DNA of 59,354 bases from IMG/VR virus record IMGVR_UViG_3300020021_000011, positions 1-59,354 of that record. One strand, 5' to 3'. This document shows, one piece after another, positions 9,741 through 19,482 of the stretch. The notes below the pieces were generated by a model, which was not told the DNA's origin, did no database searches, and saw nothing but the letters and a program-made list of their open reading frames with translations. Both the position numbers and the translations under genes were made by a program. Source of the stretch: a virus (Duplodnaviria > Caudoviricetes). Numbering within the stretch: the first letter of the stretch is position 1; every line of letters starts with the position of its first letter.

Positions 9741-10183
9741 TGAAACCAATGACTAGGTTTGCTATGAAATTTGATATTACTAATAATGGGTGTTGGAATT
9801 GGTTAGCTTGTATATTACCTAGTGGATATGGGCAATTTTATTTAAATGGTAAACATTATGCTGCTCATAGAGCTTCGTGGGAATTATATAATGGGGTAAT
9901 ACCTGATAAATTATTTGTATTGCATAAATGCGATAATAGGAGATGTGTTAATCCAGAGCATCTATTTCTAGGAACTACTACTGATAATATGAGAGATATG
10001 GTAAAGAAAGGTAGATGGAAATGTGGAATAAAAAGTGCTATAACTGAATCTAACGTTATAGATATAAAGAAATTACGAAATGAGGGACTCACATATAGAG
10101 CATTGGCTAAATTATTCAATTTTAAGAGTCATAAATCTATAATCAATATCATTAACAATAAAACATGGATTTTCAATGATTAA
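9740..10183 (+). CDS. HNH homing endonuclease
   Basis: CWNW, GYGQF, AHRASW, VLHKCDNRRCVNPEHLFLGT; C-terminal HTH-like region. Confidence 0.93.
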   Translation: MKPMTRFAMKFDITNNGCWNWLACILPSGYGQFYLNGKHYAAHRASWELYNGVIPDKLFVLHKCDNRRCVNPEHLFLGTTTDNMRDMVKKGRWKCGIKSAITESNVIDIKKLRNEGLTYRALAKLFNFKSHKSIINIINNKTWIFND

Positions 10184-10967
10184 AAAGATATTAGTTATTC
10201 CAGATGCACACGCCAGTGAGAAATATTCTAACAGAAGATTCACATGGTTAGGTAAATATATAGTCGATGAGAAACCTGATGTTATTGTTAATATAGGTGA
10301 TTTTGCCGACATGGAAAGTTTATGCTCATATGATAAGGGTAAGCGTAGTTTTGAGGGTAGGAGGTATAAGAAGGATATCAATGCTGTAATAGAGGCACAG
10401 GAGCTGTTATTTGCACCTATTAATGAATATAATAAGCAACAGAGAGTTAATAAGAAAGCTCAGTATAAACCTAGACTAGTATTAACAAGTGGCAACCACG
10501 CCAACAGGATTACTAGAGCCACTGAATTACAGGCTGAATTAGAGGGTACTATATCTATTGATGATTTAAAGTATGAAGAGTTTGGGTGGGAGGTAATACC
10601 ATTTCTTACTCCTATTAATATAGAAGGAGTTAATTTCTGTCATTACTTTACTTCTGGTATAATGCAGAGACCTATTTCTGGAGAACATGCTGCATACTCA
10701 TTAGTAACTAAACAGTTAGCGTCTTGTGTTGCTGGACACTCACACCTGAGAGACTTTGCTGAGAGAACTAATGCGCAAGGTAAAAAGATTATTGGGCTAG
10801 TAGTAGGGTGTTATTTAGAAGAAGATCAGATAGAACATTATGCTGGTGAGGCTAATAAGATGTGGTGGCGCGGAATTGTGAATTTACATAATGTTAAAGA
10901 TGGTGAATTTGATCCTGAGTTTATCAATGTTAATAGATTAAAGGATAAATATAATGAAAAAGCTTAA
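10176..10967 (+). CDS. Calcineurin-like metallophosphoesterase
   Basis: PDAH, GDFAD, GNH, GHSH motifs. Confidence 0.9.
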   Translation: MIKKILVIPDAHASEKYSNRRFTWLGKYIVDEKPDVIVNIGDFADMESLCSYDKGKRSFEGRRYKKDINAVIEAQELLFAPINEYNKQQRVNKKAQYKPRLVLTSGNHANRITRATELQAELEGTISIDDLKYEEFGWEVIPFLTPINIEGVNFCHYFTSGIMQRPISGEHAAYSLVTKQLASCVAGHSHLRDFAERTNAQGKKIIGLVVGCYLEEDQIEHYAGEANKMWWRGIVNLHNVKDGEFDPEFINVNRLKDKYNEKA

Positions 10968-11169
10968 AGAACAAGTAGAGACATTCTTACAAGGGTTGCC
11001 TATTAAAGACCATATTAAAGAGTTTCATATATTGCATAATAGCTATATTAAACCAGCTAAGATGGGGGAGCTGGGCTTAGGTAAGTATGATATTAAGCTT
11101 CATACTCACTATATAGATGAAGCAGGTATAAATGTATATGTAGTTATAGGCATTATAGTAAAGGATTAA
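10954..11169 (+). CDS. Hypothetical protein
   Basis: Coupled ORF within the operon. Confidence 0.55.
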   Translation: MKKLKEQVETFLQGLPIKDHIKEFHILHNSYIKPAKMGELGLGKYDIKLHTHYIDEAGINVYVVIGIIVKD

Positions 11170-11171
11170 GA

Positions 11172-11486
11172 ATGAGAAAAGATAACTTAATTATTAAAGG
11201 TAGTGGATTAGTATATTGTGGATGGTGTTACAGAGAATCTCATAACTGTATATGTATTCATGGGGAACCTGTACAGGATGAAATACAGAAACCTATTCAT
11301 TATAATCAAGGCGAGATAGAATGTATTGATGCTATTAAAGCCAGCATGACTCCAGAGGAATTTAAAGGATACCTTAAAGGTAACGTGGAGAAGTATATCT
11401 GGCGATATTCGTATAAAGGTAAGCCTAAAGAAGATCTACAGAAAGCTGAATTTTATCTTAGACGTCTTATAAAGGATTTAAACTAA
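11172..11486 (+). CDS. DUF3310 protein (T7 gp1.7-like nucleotide kinase family)
   Basis: PIHYNQGEIECIDAI...GNVEKYIWR...EDLQKAEFYL. Confidence 0.88.
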   Translation: MRKDNLIIKGSGLVYCGWCYRESHNCICIHGEPVQDEIQKPIHYNQGEIECIDAIKASMTPEEFKGYLKGNVEKYIWRYSYKGKPKEDLQKAEFYLRRLIKDLN

Positions 11487-11980
11487 TGGCTGCTAAGACG
11501 TGTGCTAGATGTAAAGAAACTAAAGATGAGTTAGATTATTTTAAGGTATGTGGCGGCAAGAGTCTGAGAACTATATGTAAAGAATGTAGTAAATTTCATA
11601 GAAGGACATACACCACAAAGAATAGAGCTAGATTAACTGCCCAAGTAAAAGAAAAGAATAACAGATTTAAGAGAGAAGGAGTAGAATTATTAGGTAATAA
11701 ATGTCAAAGATGCAATATATTATTCCATATGTCAGCCATGGATTTTCATCATGTCGGGGCTAAGGATGGAAGACAAATTGCAGCTAAAGGATGGTCTAAC
11801 TTTCTTAAAGAGATAGATAAGTGTGTATTAATATGTTCTAATTGTCACAAATATATACATAATGAAGATAAAACATTCACTAACGATATAAAAGCTAAAC
11901 TATTACTTAATGAAATAACATTAGATGAAGCTAAACTATTAACTTTAACACATATGAAAGATACTTATGTCAACCCTTAA
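11486..11980 (+). CDS. HNH endonuclease with N-terminal zinc finger
   Basis: CARC...CKEC; GNKCQRC, DFHH, CVLICSNCH. Confidence 0.85.
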   Translation: MAAKTCARCKETKDELDYFKVCGGKSLRTICKECSKFHRRTYTTKNRARLTAQVKEKNNRFKREGVELLGNKCQRCNILFHMSAMDFHHVGAKDGRQIAAKGWSNFLKEIDKCVLICSNCHKYIHNEDKTFTNDIKAKLLLNEITLDEAKLLTLTHMKDTYVNP

Positions 11981-12410
11981 ACACAAACACGTTCTATTAA
12001 ACTTAAAAGTTGAAAATCCCCCCAGAGATCATGAAGAAGTAGAAGCATTTCTATCATTTCTTATTAAACGTGTTAATATGAAGATAGCTAAAGCTCCAAG
12101 TATATTAAAGAATCCAACCGGATATTACTGCAACACATTAGGTAATTCTGGGGCTACTGGTACAGGTATCTTAGAGACTTCACACACAGCTTTACATACT
12201 TGGGATGAACAGAATCCATGCAAGTTTGACTTCGATTTATATAGTTGTAGTGAGTTTGAAGTAGAAAAGGTGTTGACTTTATGCCAGTGTTTTGATATAA
12301 TAGAGGGAACTTATATTATTATTGATCGTGATGGAGCAGTCGTACCTGTTGAGATTGGTAAGGTGGGTAAGGATGGAGTTATCTTAAGTAAACAAACTTT
12401 AGGAGAATAA
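11967..12410 (+). CDS. speD: Pyruvoyl-dependent S-adenosylmethionine decarboxylase-like proenzyme
   Basis: HKH N-terminus, GATGTGILETSHTALHTWDE, DLYSC. Confidence 0.85.
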   Translation: MSTLKHKHVLLNLKVENPPRDHEEVEAFLSFLIKRVNMKIAKAPSILKNPTGYYCNTLGNSGATGTGILETSHTALHTWDEQNPCKFDFDLYSCSEFEVEKVLTLCQCFDIIEGTYIIIDRDGAVVPVEIGKVGKDGVILSKQTLGE

Positions 12411-12544
12411 TAATGGATAAATATACTTCATTAACTCAAGAAGAACTTAGTAAAGAACTACTTGCTCTTATAGCTAATTTAACTGAAAGAGTATATAATT
12501 TAGAATCTAACGTTAGAGATATAGAATCTAATATAGCTGGGGAG

Positions 12545-12760
12545 TCACTTTAACGAAATACAGACTCTTTGATAATCTTTATCTACCCACCTAATAGGGC
12601 TATCTGCTGGAAGTTTAGTAATTTCCTGTCCTATTAGGTGTCTTTCATCTACATTAAATTGATGACATCTCACTATAGTAGCAGAATCACAAGCACTCAA
12701 TAGTAATATACTATTTAGAATCCCAATAAGACTCTTCTTCTTTATTAGTAAGCGGAGCAT
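12545..12760 (-). CDS. Putative outer-membrane spanin (Rz1-like lipoprotein)
   Basis: Basic then hydrophobic signal ending in lipobox LSAC; last gene of the lysis cassette; overlaps the i-spanin candidate. Confidence 0.6.
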   Translation of the reverse strand: MLRLLIKKKSLIGILNSILLLSACDSATIVRCHQFNVDERHLIGQEITKLPADSPIRWVDKDYQRVCISLK

Positions 12761-12875
12761 TTGCTATTTCCTGTGTTTTCTTATTAACTGCGTACTGTTT
12801 TTCAAGAGCAACCGCCCACTGGACTAAACCAATAGAGCGGAGGATCAAGGTCAATATTGACAAATATATAGGCAT
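12711..12875 (-). CDS. Putative inner-membrane spanin (Rz-like), 54 aa
   Basis: MPIYLSILTLILRSIGLVQWAVALEKQ...YWDSK; N-terminal TM; start overlaps the previous stop. Not in the ORF track. Confidence 0.55.
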   Translation of the reverse strand: MPIYLSILTLILRSIGLVQWAVALEKQYAVNKKTQEIANAPLTNKEEESYWDSK

Positions 12876-13231
12876 TAAACTATGGCACCACTAGTAGGAG
12901 ATATAAGTTTGCCCGCAGCTACTAAATCAGCCTGAGCCTGTGCAAGTACAATAGCTTCAGCACCTTTAGCAATAGTAATACCAGCAGCCTCACCCTGAGA
13001 AACTATAGTAGCCCCAATGGTAGCCCATGAAGTACCAGTTGCAGCACCAGATAGAGCAGCAAGAGCAATGCTATACAGAGCAGTTAAGCCATTATGTTCA
13101 ATATATCCTAGAGCAGAAGCCCCGATAGCTCTTACTTCTACTTCAGTTTCATGTACTATAGGAGCAGACTGAAACTTATTATAGAAAGCAGTGAAGTCGT
13201 CTTTTAGTTCTTGTACAAATTTATTAGTCAT
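12875..13231 (-). CDS. Lysis-cassette protein, possible holin
   Basis: Between endolysin and spanins; Ala/Gly-rich hydrophobic segment. Confidence 0.4.
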   Translation of the reverse strand: MTNKFVQELKDDFTAFYNKFQSAPIVHETEVEVRAIGASALGYIEHNGLTALYSIALAALSGAATGTSWATIGATIVSQGEAAGITIAKGAEAIVLAQAQADLVAAGKLISPTSGAIV

Positions 13232-13253
13232 TGTTGTATACCTGTTTATTTAA

Positions 13254-13772
13254 TTAAGCTAATTCTTTTAATCTTCTTAACCAGCCAACTAAGAATTGCT
13301 CTTGAGAAGGATGACTGGTAGCTTGATTTACGTAGAAGCTTTTTCTTTGTAATAATATAGCGTTACGTAAGTCTTTAGTACCTACCATATGCATAGCATC
13401 TAAAGTATTTTCACCTATAGTACCATCTACAGCAATAGATTGCCCTAAAGTGTTAATAGCTTCTTGTACTATCTTACCAGCAGTGATAGGATTATGTTGT
13501 ACAAATGTATCAAATACTACATCTTGTATATCAGTAGGCATCTTATCAATATGATATTTATTCCAATATAACTTAGTATAAATATCTATAGCAGTCTGTT
13601 TAGGTAGATTCTTTATATCATTAACCGTAGCTAATGGATTTACAGACCTATAAGTATTAAGAGTAATACCCATATTAGTAGCACCACCAGCATCATTAGG
13701 ATTATTAACGTACCCACCTTCAAATGTGTCTATTACTCTGGCTATAGTAGCATCTTTACCTATCGTCTGCAT
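13254..13772 (-). CDS. Endolysin, glycoside hydrolase family 108 with peptidoglycan-binding C-terminus
   Basis: EGGYVNNPNDAGGATNMGIT; VDGTIGENT; FLVGWLRR. Start at ATG 13772 with AAGGA SD. Confidence 0.93.
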   Translation of the reverse strand: MQTIGKDATIARVIDTFEGGYVNNPNDAGGATNMGITLNTYRSVNPLATVNDIKNLPKQTAIDIYTKLYWNKYHIDKMPTDIQDVVFDTFVQHNPITAGKIVQEAINTLGQSIAVDGTIGENTLDAMHMVGTKDLRNAILLQRKSFYVNQATSHPSQEQFLVGWLRRLKELA

Positions 13773-13806
13773 AAGATTCCTTGTAATTAGTTGATATAAT
13801 GAGCTA

Positions 13807-16800
13807 TTATTTAGAAGTATTTGTTCCTCGTTTACCAGTGACGTTGGCAACATCAGAGTGTATATTAGAATTAGATGATGAAGCCTCATCCTTTTCTCCT
13901 TTCAAACTAGCAGCATAACGAGCTGATACAGATGCAAATAAGTCAGATACTGTACCATAGTTTTTATTCTGTAACGCTTGTACTACTTTCTGTGTGAATT
14001 CTTTATCTGTAAACATCTTACTTGCAAATTCATTATAACCTTTTGTGGTTAAATAGTCAACAAGTTTTTTACCAGAGCTTATTTCAATTAACCTAGCCCC
14101 CTGATTACCAGCTATACCACCAGCAGCAGAGCTTATTACTTTACCAGCTTTTTCACCTTTACTGAGAGTAGTGGGTACTTCTTGATTATATTGCAGCTTC
14201 TTGAGACTAGTAAGGGCATTACTTAAATCATCACCACCATCTGGGAACAATATATTAAGAGATTTATTAGCGTCTGTGCCTTTAGTAGAAGCTTCTTCAA
14301 TCCATTTAGAGGTAAACATCTTAGAGGCATTAGGCCCAGCTCCCTGATTTACAGCACTTGATACAGAGGTTAAATGATTAGCAACCATACCACGTACAGA
14401 ATCCACATCTACCCCATTCTTCTTAGCAAAGTCAAGGAAAGCAGATAACTTCTCTGGATTATCTATCAAATTCTGAACAGCTTCATTAGAGTTAGTCTTA
14501 TACTTTTTAAAGAAGTCATATATAGGAGCCGATTTAGTAGACTCTAATTTACTCTCTTTAATATCTATAAGTTTATCTATATCTTGCTGACTCTTAATAG
14601 CCTGAGAGACTTGTTTACGCACCATATTAGCATCTGGAGTAGCTAACTCTGAGATAGCTTTAAGATGGCCTTCTGGTGTAGTGAGTAATTTGTTAGCAAC
14701 ATCAGCGTTAAATTTACCACTAGAGTCAGTTGATTTAGACAATATATCTGATACAATGTGGTTACCAAATGATGTTGATATTGCTGGGTCTTTAGTAGCA
14801 GTTAACATTTCTTTCACATTCCTCGCCCCCTGGATACCTACAGTGGGAGTATATGTCTCTACAAACTTAGTAGCTGGAACTGTTTTAAGGTCTTGTTGAT
14901 CTTTTATGTAATCCCCATAAGATGTAGAAGAATAGCTCTTTGTATCTTTCAATACCTTATTAACATCAGCATCAAGAGTCGACTCCGGTAGACTAGACTT
15001 AGTAGTTACAGATGATGCCTGTTTCTGTATCTGGGGTAAGATATTAGTCTTATAATACTCCATACCTTCATTCAGTTTAGCTTGAGTCTCAGGAGGTAGA
15101 TTACTTACGGTGTCAGAGCGTATCTTAGTTATTTCATTCCTTATACTATCAAACTGTGCTCGTTCATCAGCAGTAGCTTCCATGTAACGTGGATCATGCC
15201 CGCTGGGAATAGTACTAGCTACATGATCTAAATCTGATAATGTATTAATAGGTACATCTAATTTAGCAGCATAAGCAGTAACAGCATTAGGAGCATTAGT
15301 TTGCCCACTTGTCCTGCCCACCATACTTAATGTGGTTGGGGATTCTGTTTCTATACTAATTGGTATCTTCTCAGCAGCAGAAGTTGAGTTAGCAAAGGCT
15401 TTATTCTTGAGTGTAATAAGGGATTCATATAGATTCTGATATCTATCACCTAAAGCAGCTGATGCTTGTTCTGTAGTCTGCCCAGCTCTAGGGGGCTGTA
15501 TACCATATACAGATGCGATAATATGTTGTGCTCTTGTATCACCATTCTTAGCAGCAGTTAAGTTAGCTAATACTGTATTAAGGCTCTCTACTTGAGAATC
15601 GTAGGCATTTTTAAGAGTACTAGTGGTAATCTTACCCTCATTAGCCTTAGCTTCATCAGTTAGAGCTGCTACAGAGCTATGTAACTTCTGTTCAGCCTCA
15701 GTATCCATGTTTATTACATTACCCTTAACCTCATTCTGTGTTTTAGATAACGTATTAAGTATATTCTGGTTAATTTCAGGATTCTCATTACTACCAACAG
15801 TAGCCATAGATGTAGGTATACCAGTTGATTTATCAAGCGCTTTACTAGCTTCTAATTCTGTATTCAACTTAGCTAATTGCTCAGGACTACCCCCACCAGC
15901 AAAACCTTTTACAATAGATTGACCTCTACGTGTTTCTGTGCTTAATAAAGCAGCAGTATCAGCAGTCTTACCCATTGCTCCTACGACTCCACCACCTAAA
16001 GCACCAGCTACAGGGCTTAATGCACCTACTTCAGCAGCATTAACAGCTCTATTAGGTATATCAGAGTTAATATCTGTACCACTATTATCTGTAATAGCAG
16101 CTGTAGCAGCCATTTGAGGAGCTTGTTTAAGCCCCGTACCCCATCCAGCTTTAATTAAGTCCATTCCACCTTTAGTAGCTATAGTAGCAGCATCACCAGC
16201 CATAGCAGCTTCACCGCCTATAGGTATAGCATAAGGTAACATACCAGTTATAGTCTGTGCTCCCTGAGCTAACCCTGGATTAGGAGCATTCTCAACACGC
16301 TGTTTCCCCATCTGAGCAGCAGAATTAAGTTCATTATAATACTCTTCAGCTTGTGGATTAGTCTTTTCAGTCTGAATGGGGGGTACAAATCCAACTCCAG
16401 AGCTTCCTTGAGTACCAGAAGTCACTGTATTATACGCAGATACTCCTAATTTACCTATGCCAGTAGTAATGTCTTCTAATCCTGATCCGATACCAGTACC
16501 CATAGATTCAATATCACCACTAAGAGTAGCATTACCCATAGTAGCAAGCTGTTTCTTACCTAGCTCATCTAATAAACCATGCTGATCAAGTCTAGCCATC
16601 TGGTCTCTAACATCAGAAGAAGTACCATCTACCTGTACAGAATGCTGTATAAAAGCTTTCTTATAATCGGTACTATCAACATTACTAGGTTTAGTTGGTT
16701 CAACTACTTTATCATAGTAACGAGAACGTACAGCTTCTTGATCACCTAAAGACAGAGTTTTAAATATATCTGAACCAGCTATATCAGGCCATTGTTGAGG

Positions 16801-16812
16801 AGTATCCACCAT
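13807..16812 (-). CDS. Large internal virion (ejection) protein
   Basis: 1001 aa, Ala/Gly-rich helical character, end of the structural block. Confidence 0.65.
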   Translation of the reverse strand: MVDTPQQWPDIAGSDIFKTLSLGDQEAVRSRYYDKVVEPTKPSNVDSTDYKKAFIQHSVQVDGTSSDVRDQMARLDQHGLLDELGKKQLATMGNATLSGDIESMGTGIGSGLEDITTGIGKLGVSAYNTVTSGTQGSSGVGFVPPIQTEKTNPQAEEYYNELNSAAQMGKQRVENAPNPGLAQGAQTITGMLPYAIPIGGEAAMAGDAATIATKGGMDLIKAGWGTGLKQAPQMAATAAITDNSGTDINSDIPNRAVNAAEVGALSPVAGALGGGVVGAMGKTADTAALLSTETRRGQSIVKGFAGGGSPEQLAKLNTELEASKALDKSTGIPTSMATVGSNENPEINQNILNTLSKTQNEVKGNVINMDTEAEQKLHSSVAALTDEAKANEGKITTSTLKNAYDSQVESLNTVLANLTAAKNGDTRAQHIIASVYGIQPPRAGQTTEQASAALGDRYQNLYESLITLKNKAFANSTSAAEKIPISIETESPTTLSMVGRTSGQTNAPNAVTAYAAKLDVPINTLSDLDHVASTIPSGHDPRYMEATADERAQFDSIRNEITKIRSDTVSNLPPETQAKLNEGMEYYKTNILPQIQKQASSVTTKSSLPESTLDADVNKVLKDTKSYSSTSYGDYIKDQQDLKTVPATKFVETYTPTVGIQGARNVKEMLTATKDPAISTSFGNHIVSDILSKSTDSSGKFNADVANKLLTTPEGHLKAISELATPDANMVRKQVSQAIKSQQDIDKLIDIKESKLESTKSAPIYDFFKKYKTNSNEAVQNLIDNPEKLSAFLDFAKKNGVDVDSVRGMVANHLTSVSSAVNQGAGPNASKMFTSKWIEEASTKGTDANKSLNILFPDGGDDLSNALTSLKKLQYNQEVPTTLSKGEKAGKVISSAAGGIAGNQGARLIEISSGKKLVDYLTTKGYNEFASKMFTDKEFTQKVVQALQNKNYGTVSDLFASVSARYAASLKGEKDEASSSNSNIHSDVANVTGKRGTNTSK

Positions 16813-16814
16813 TA

Positions 16815-18590
16815 TTAAAGCCCAAATTGTTTAAATGCATCATTTAATGCTGGGTTATCGTTAGAAGTATTAGCTGCTTTCTGCGCAGGTGTGCCACTAG
16901 AGTTACTAGAATATACAATAGTCTTGAGACTATCTGGCCTTGGCTGTTGAGTTATAGGATCTATAGTACTTGTACCATCAGGAGATGACTTAGCTTGCCC
17001 CGTTCTTTCTAACTGCCAGTTCTCAAATGATTTAGCCATTGGGTTAAGCATAGACTTAGGATCAGATGGATTATAGTTCTTATAATCAATTATAGGATTA
17101 GCCTGTTGATATTTATCTATTACTTCATCTGCGCCTCTAAATACACCATTAACTTTAGCATATTGCTCATATCCATTAGCCATTTCTAGCTGACGGGCAT
17201 TAACCGCTTTCATAAAGTTAATAATATTCTCTCTACCCTGTGGTGTTTGACCAGAATTAGTAATCATATTCTTAAAAGTATTAAACTCTTGATTAGTAAC
17301 TCGTCCTTTAGTATTACTAAACATATTACGCTGCATCGAAGCTTCAAAGTGAGACATTACATCATTAGATGAAGATATTTCTGTAGGTTCACCTGTAATA
17401 GTAGACACAAGTTTTGACATAGCCGACTTTTCTTTAGCCCCAGTACCCCCGTTAATAAAGGCATTAATAGATTCTTCTGAATTAAGAGCCATTAAATCAT
17501 TAGCAGCTTGTGTTCTAGGAGCATTTATAAGTAGTGACTGTCCTGACTTAGGATTGGCTGGGTCAAGATCCTGATTACGTCTATTCTGTTCATTATCAAG
17601 TTGATTCTTATCACCTGCTACAGCTCTAATATTAACCATTGGGTTACGTAACTGTAATGGATCAGGAGAGAACTTACTATCATTAATAGGAGCTACAGAA
17701 GTACCATCAGCAAGTTTACCATTTAATAAATTATATGCCTGAGCATTCTTATTAGTTTTAAGGAAATCTTCTGCTCCTTTATAATCTTTATCATCTATAA
17801 GTTGTGTATAGGTCTGCCTATCTTGCGGACTTGTACCAAGTGCTTGTAATGAACTATTAGCATTCTGTATAGACTGTTTCTGACTATCATTTAACTGAAT
17901 ACCATTAGCTGCTAAAATCTTATCTTCTACAGGAGCAGGTTGATTACCTATAACTTTATTTACTGAACTATTATTAATAGCCTGATTAGTTACAGAGGGA
18001 TGATCAGGTGATTGAGCGCCTTGTCCCATTGGCTGTGGCGTAGATGCAGTTTGTATTGGTGGCTGTGGCTGCGGAACTACTGCCTGATTATCTGCCATGC
18101 CATTAGGTAAAGTATTATTAGCTGCTGGGGCATTACCAGATGGTCTAGTACCTTGAACTGGAGCACCTGTCTGCTGTTGTGCTGGCATACCTTGACTATT
18201 ACCAGTAGCAGCATCAGTAGGAGCAGAAAGATTAGGCATCTGAGGAGAATTACTCATAGCTCCGTTAACCTGTGAGGCTATCTGATTTGGCTGCTGACTA
18301 GTAGCCCCTTGTATATCCCCAAACAAAGCTCTATCTCTAGCCTGTTGTGCAGCTTGTGCGTCTGCATTCTTACTGGCTGTATCCTGACGTCTATTAGCTT
18401 CAGCATGATCAGCTACTGCCATCTCACCAGTAGTACGTAATGAATTATTAAGAACCATATTTCTATATTCCTCATCTTTCTTCATCTGTTCTATCTTTAT
18501 CTGTTGTGCAAACTTAGCCTGTTGTTCATTATCTGATACAACTTGATTAGCTAATCCACCAAAGAAACTACTTGCCCAATTACTAGCCAT
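16815..18590 (-). CDS. Internal virion (ejection) protein
   Basis: 591 aa with Gln/Pro-rich linker; GRVTNQEF segment; position in block. Confidence 0.6.
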   Translation of the reverse strand: MASNWASSFFGGLANQVVSDNEQQAKFAQQIKIEQMKKDEEYRNMVLNNSLRTTGEMAVADHAEANRRQDTASKNADAQAAQQARDRALFGDIQGATSQQPNQIASQVNGAMSNSPQMPNLSAPTDAATGNSQGMPAQQQTGAPVQGTRPSGNAPAANNTLPNGMADNQAVVPQPQPPIQTASTPQPMGQGAQSPDHPSVTNQAINNSSVNKVIGNQPAPVEDKILAANGIQLNDSQKQSIQNANSSLQALGTSPQDRQTYTQLIDDKDYKGAEDFLKTNKNAQAYNLLNGKLADGTSVAPINDSKFSPDPLQLRNPMVNIRAVAGDKNQLDNEQNRRNQDLDPANPKSGQSLLINAPRTQAANDLMALNSEESINAFINGGTGAKEKSAMSKLVSTITGEPTEISSSNDVMSHFEASMQRNMFSNTKGRVTNQEFNTFKNMITNSGQTPQGRENIINFMKAVNARQLEMANGYEQYAKVNGVFRGADEVIDKYQQANPIIDYKNYNPSDPKSMLNPMAKSFENWQLERTGQAKSSPDGTSTIDPITQQPRPDSLKTIVYSSNSSGTPAQKAANTSNDNPALNDAFKQFGL

Positions 18591-18594
18591 TATA

Positions 18595-19062
18595 TTATGC
18601 TCCTGCCATTATGCCAGATTTAATAGGGGAACTATTATCTACTGTTGGACTTAAATTAATAGGTGATTCATCATACATCTGATCTTTATTAGCAGCCATA
18701 AAGTTAGCAAAGTCCATATCAGGGTTCTTAATCTTCATATTCTTAACGCCTTTTAATACACCAATAGCTACAATCTGTTTAACTAAGATCTTACCAACTA
18801 ATAGAGCACAGTTAATTTGTATAATTCCATGTATAATAGCTGTAAATAGTATAGTACGCGCAATATACTCTGCTGGCACACCTTTACGAAGCATAACAAC
18901 TAGCTTAACTATATGTTTATCATCACTATGTAGTTTATCCCAGAAATACTCAGCAGCTTGTTTAGGATCTGTAAGTAACGGTGGTTTCTCCATAGGTAGC
19001 GAACCCGGCGTCATAGTTAATGATTGGCCTGGTACCTTAGCATTTAATCCATTATTAGGCAT
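18595..19062 (-). CDS. Conserved-type virion-associated protein
   Basis: VPGQSLT...PMEKPP N-terminus of the kind seen in this phage group's structural block. Confidence 0.6.
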   Translation of the reverse strand: MPNNGLNAKVPGQSLTMTPGSLPMEKPPLLTDPKQAAEYFWDKLHSDDKHIVKLVVMLRKGVPAEYIARTILFTAIIHGIIQINCALLVGKILVKQIVAIGVLKGVKNMKIKNPDMDFANFMAANKDQMYDESPINLSPTVDNSSPIKSGIMAGA

Positions 19063-19087
19063 ATTTTAGTTCTTTCGTTGAAGATAT

Positions 19088-19471
19088 TTATCTTCCTGTT
19101 TCTGATACACCAGTTTCACGAGCAATCATAGCATATGTTTTTAATCTTTGATTCCATTGATTCTCTAATGCCATAGGATCAGCGCCTTCAGCAGCTTGAA
19201 ATTGATTATGAGAATGCGCAGCAACCTCTGTCTGTACTTTACCTAAAGGATTTAATGTATGCCCTTCTAGCATACTAGAGAATCGTAAACCTTTAACAGC
19301 TTGATTTTCACCAGCAGTAGTCATATTACCATTACCAGTAGCTCCTAAAGCTCCGCCTATAGCTAAAGCATCCTTCCCAACAGTGGCATAAGTACTTAAA
19401 GAATCATTACCACTAAAGAAATCACCTAAGTTATTACTTAAACTTGAGAATATACTACCAAAATCACCCAT
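19088..19471 (-). CDS. Putative internal virion protein
   Basis: Gly/Ala-rich 127-aa ORF with AAGGA SD. Confidence 0.55.
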   Translation of the reverse strand: MGDFGSIFSSLSNNLGDFFSGNDSLSTYATVGKDALAIGGALGATGNGNMTTAGENQAVKGLRFSSMLEGHTLNPLGKVQTEVAAHSHNQFQAAEGADPMALENQWNQRLKTYAMIARETGVSETGR

Positions 19472-19482
19472 TTTAATTCCTT

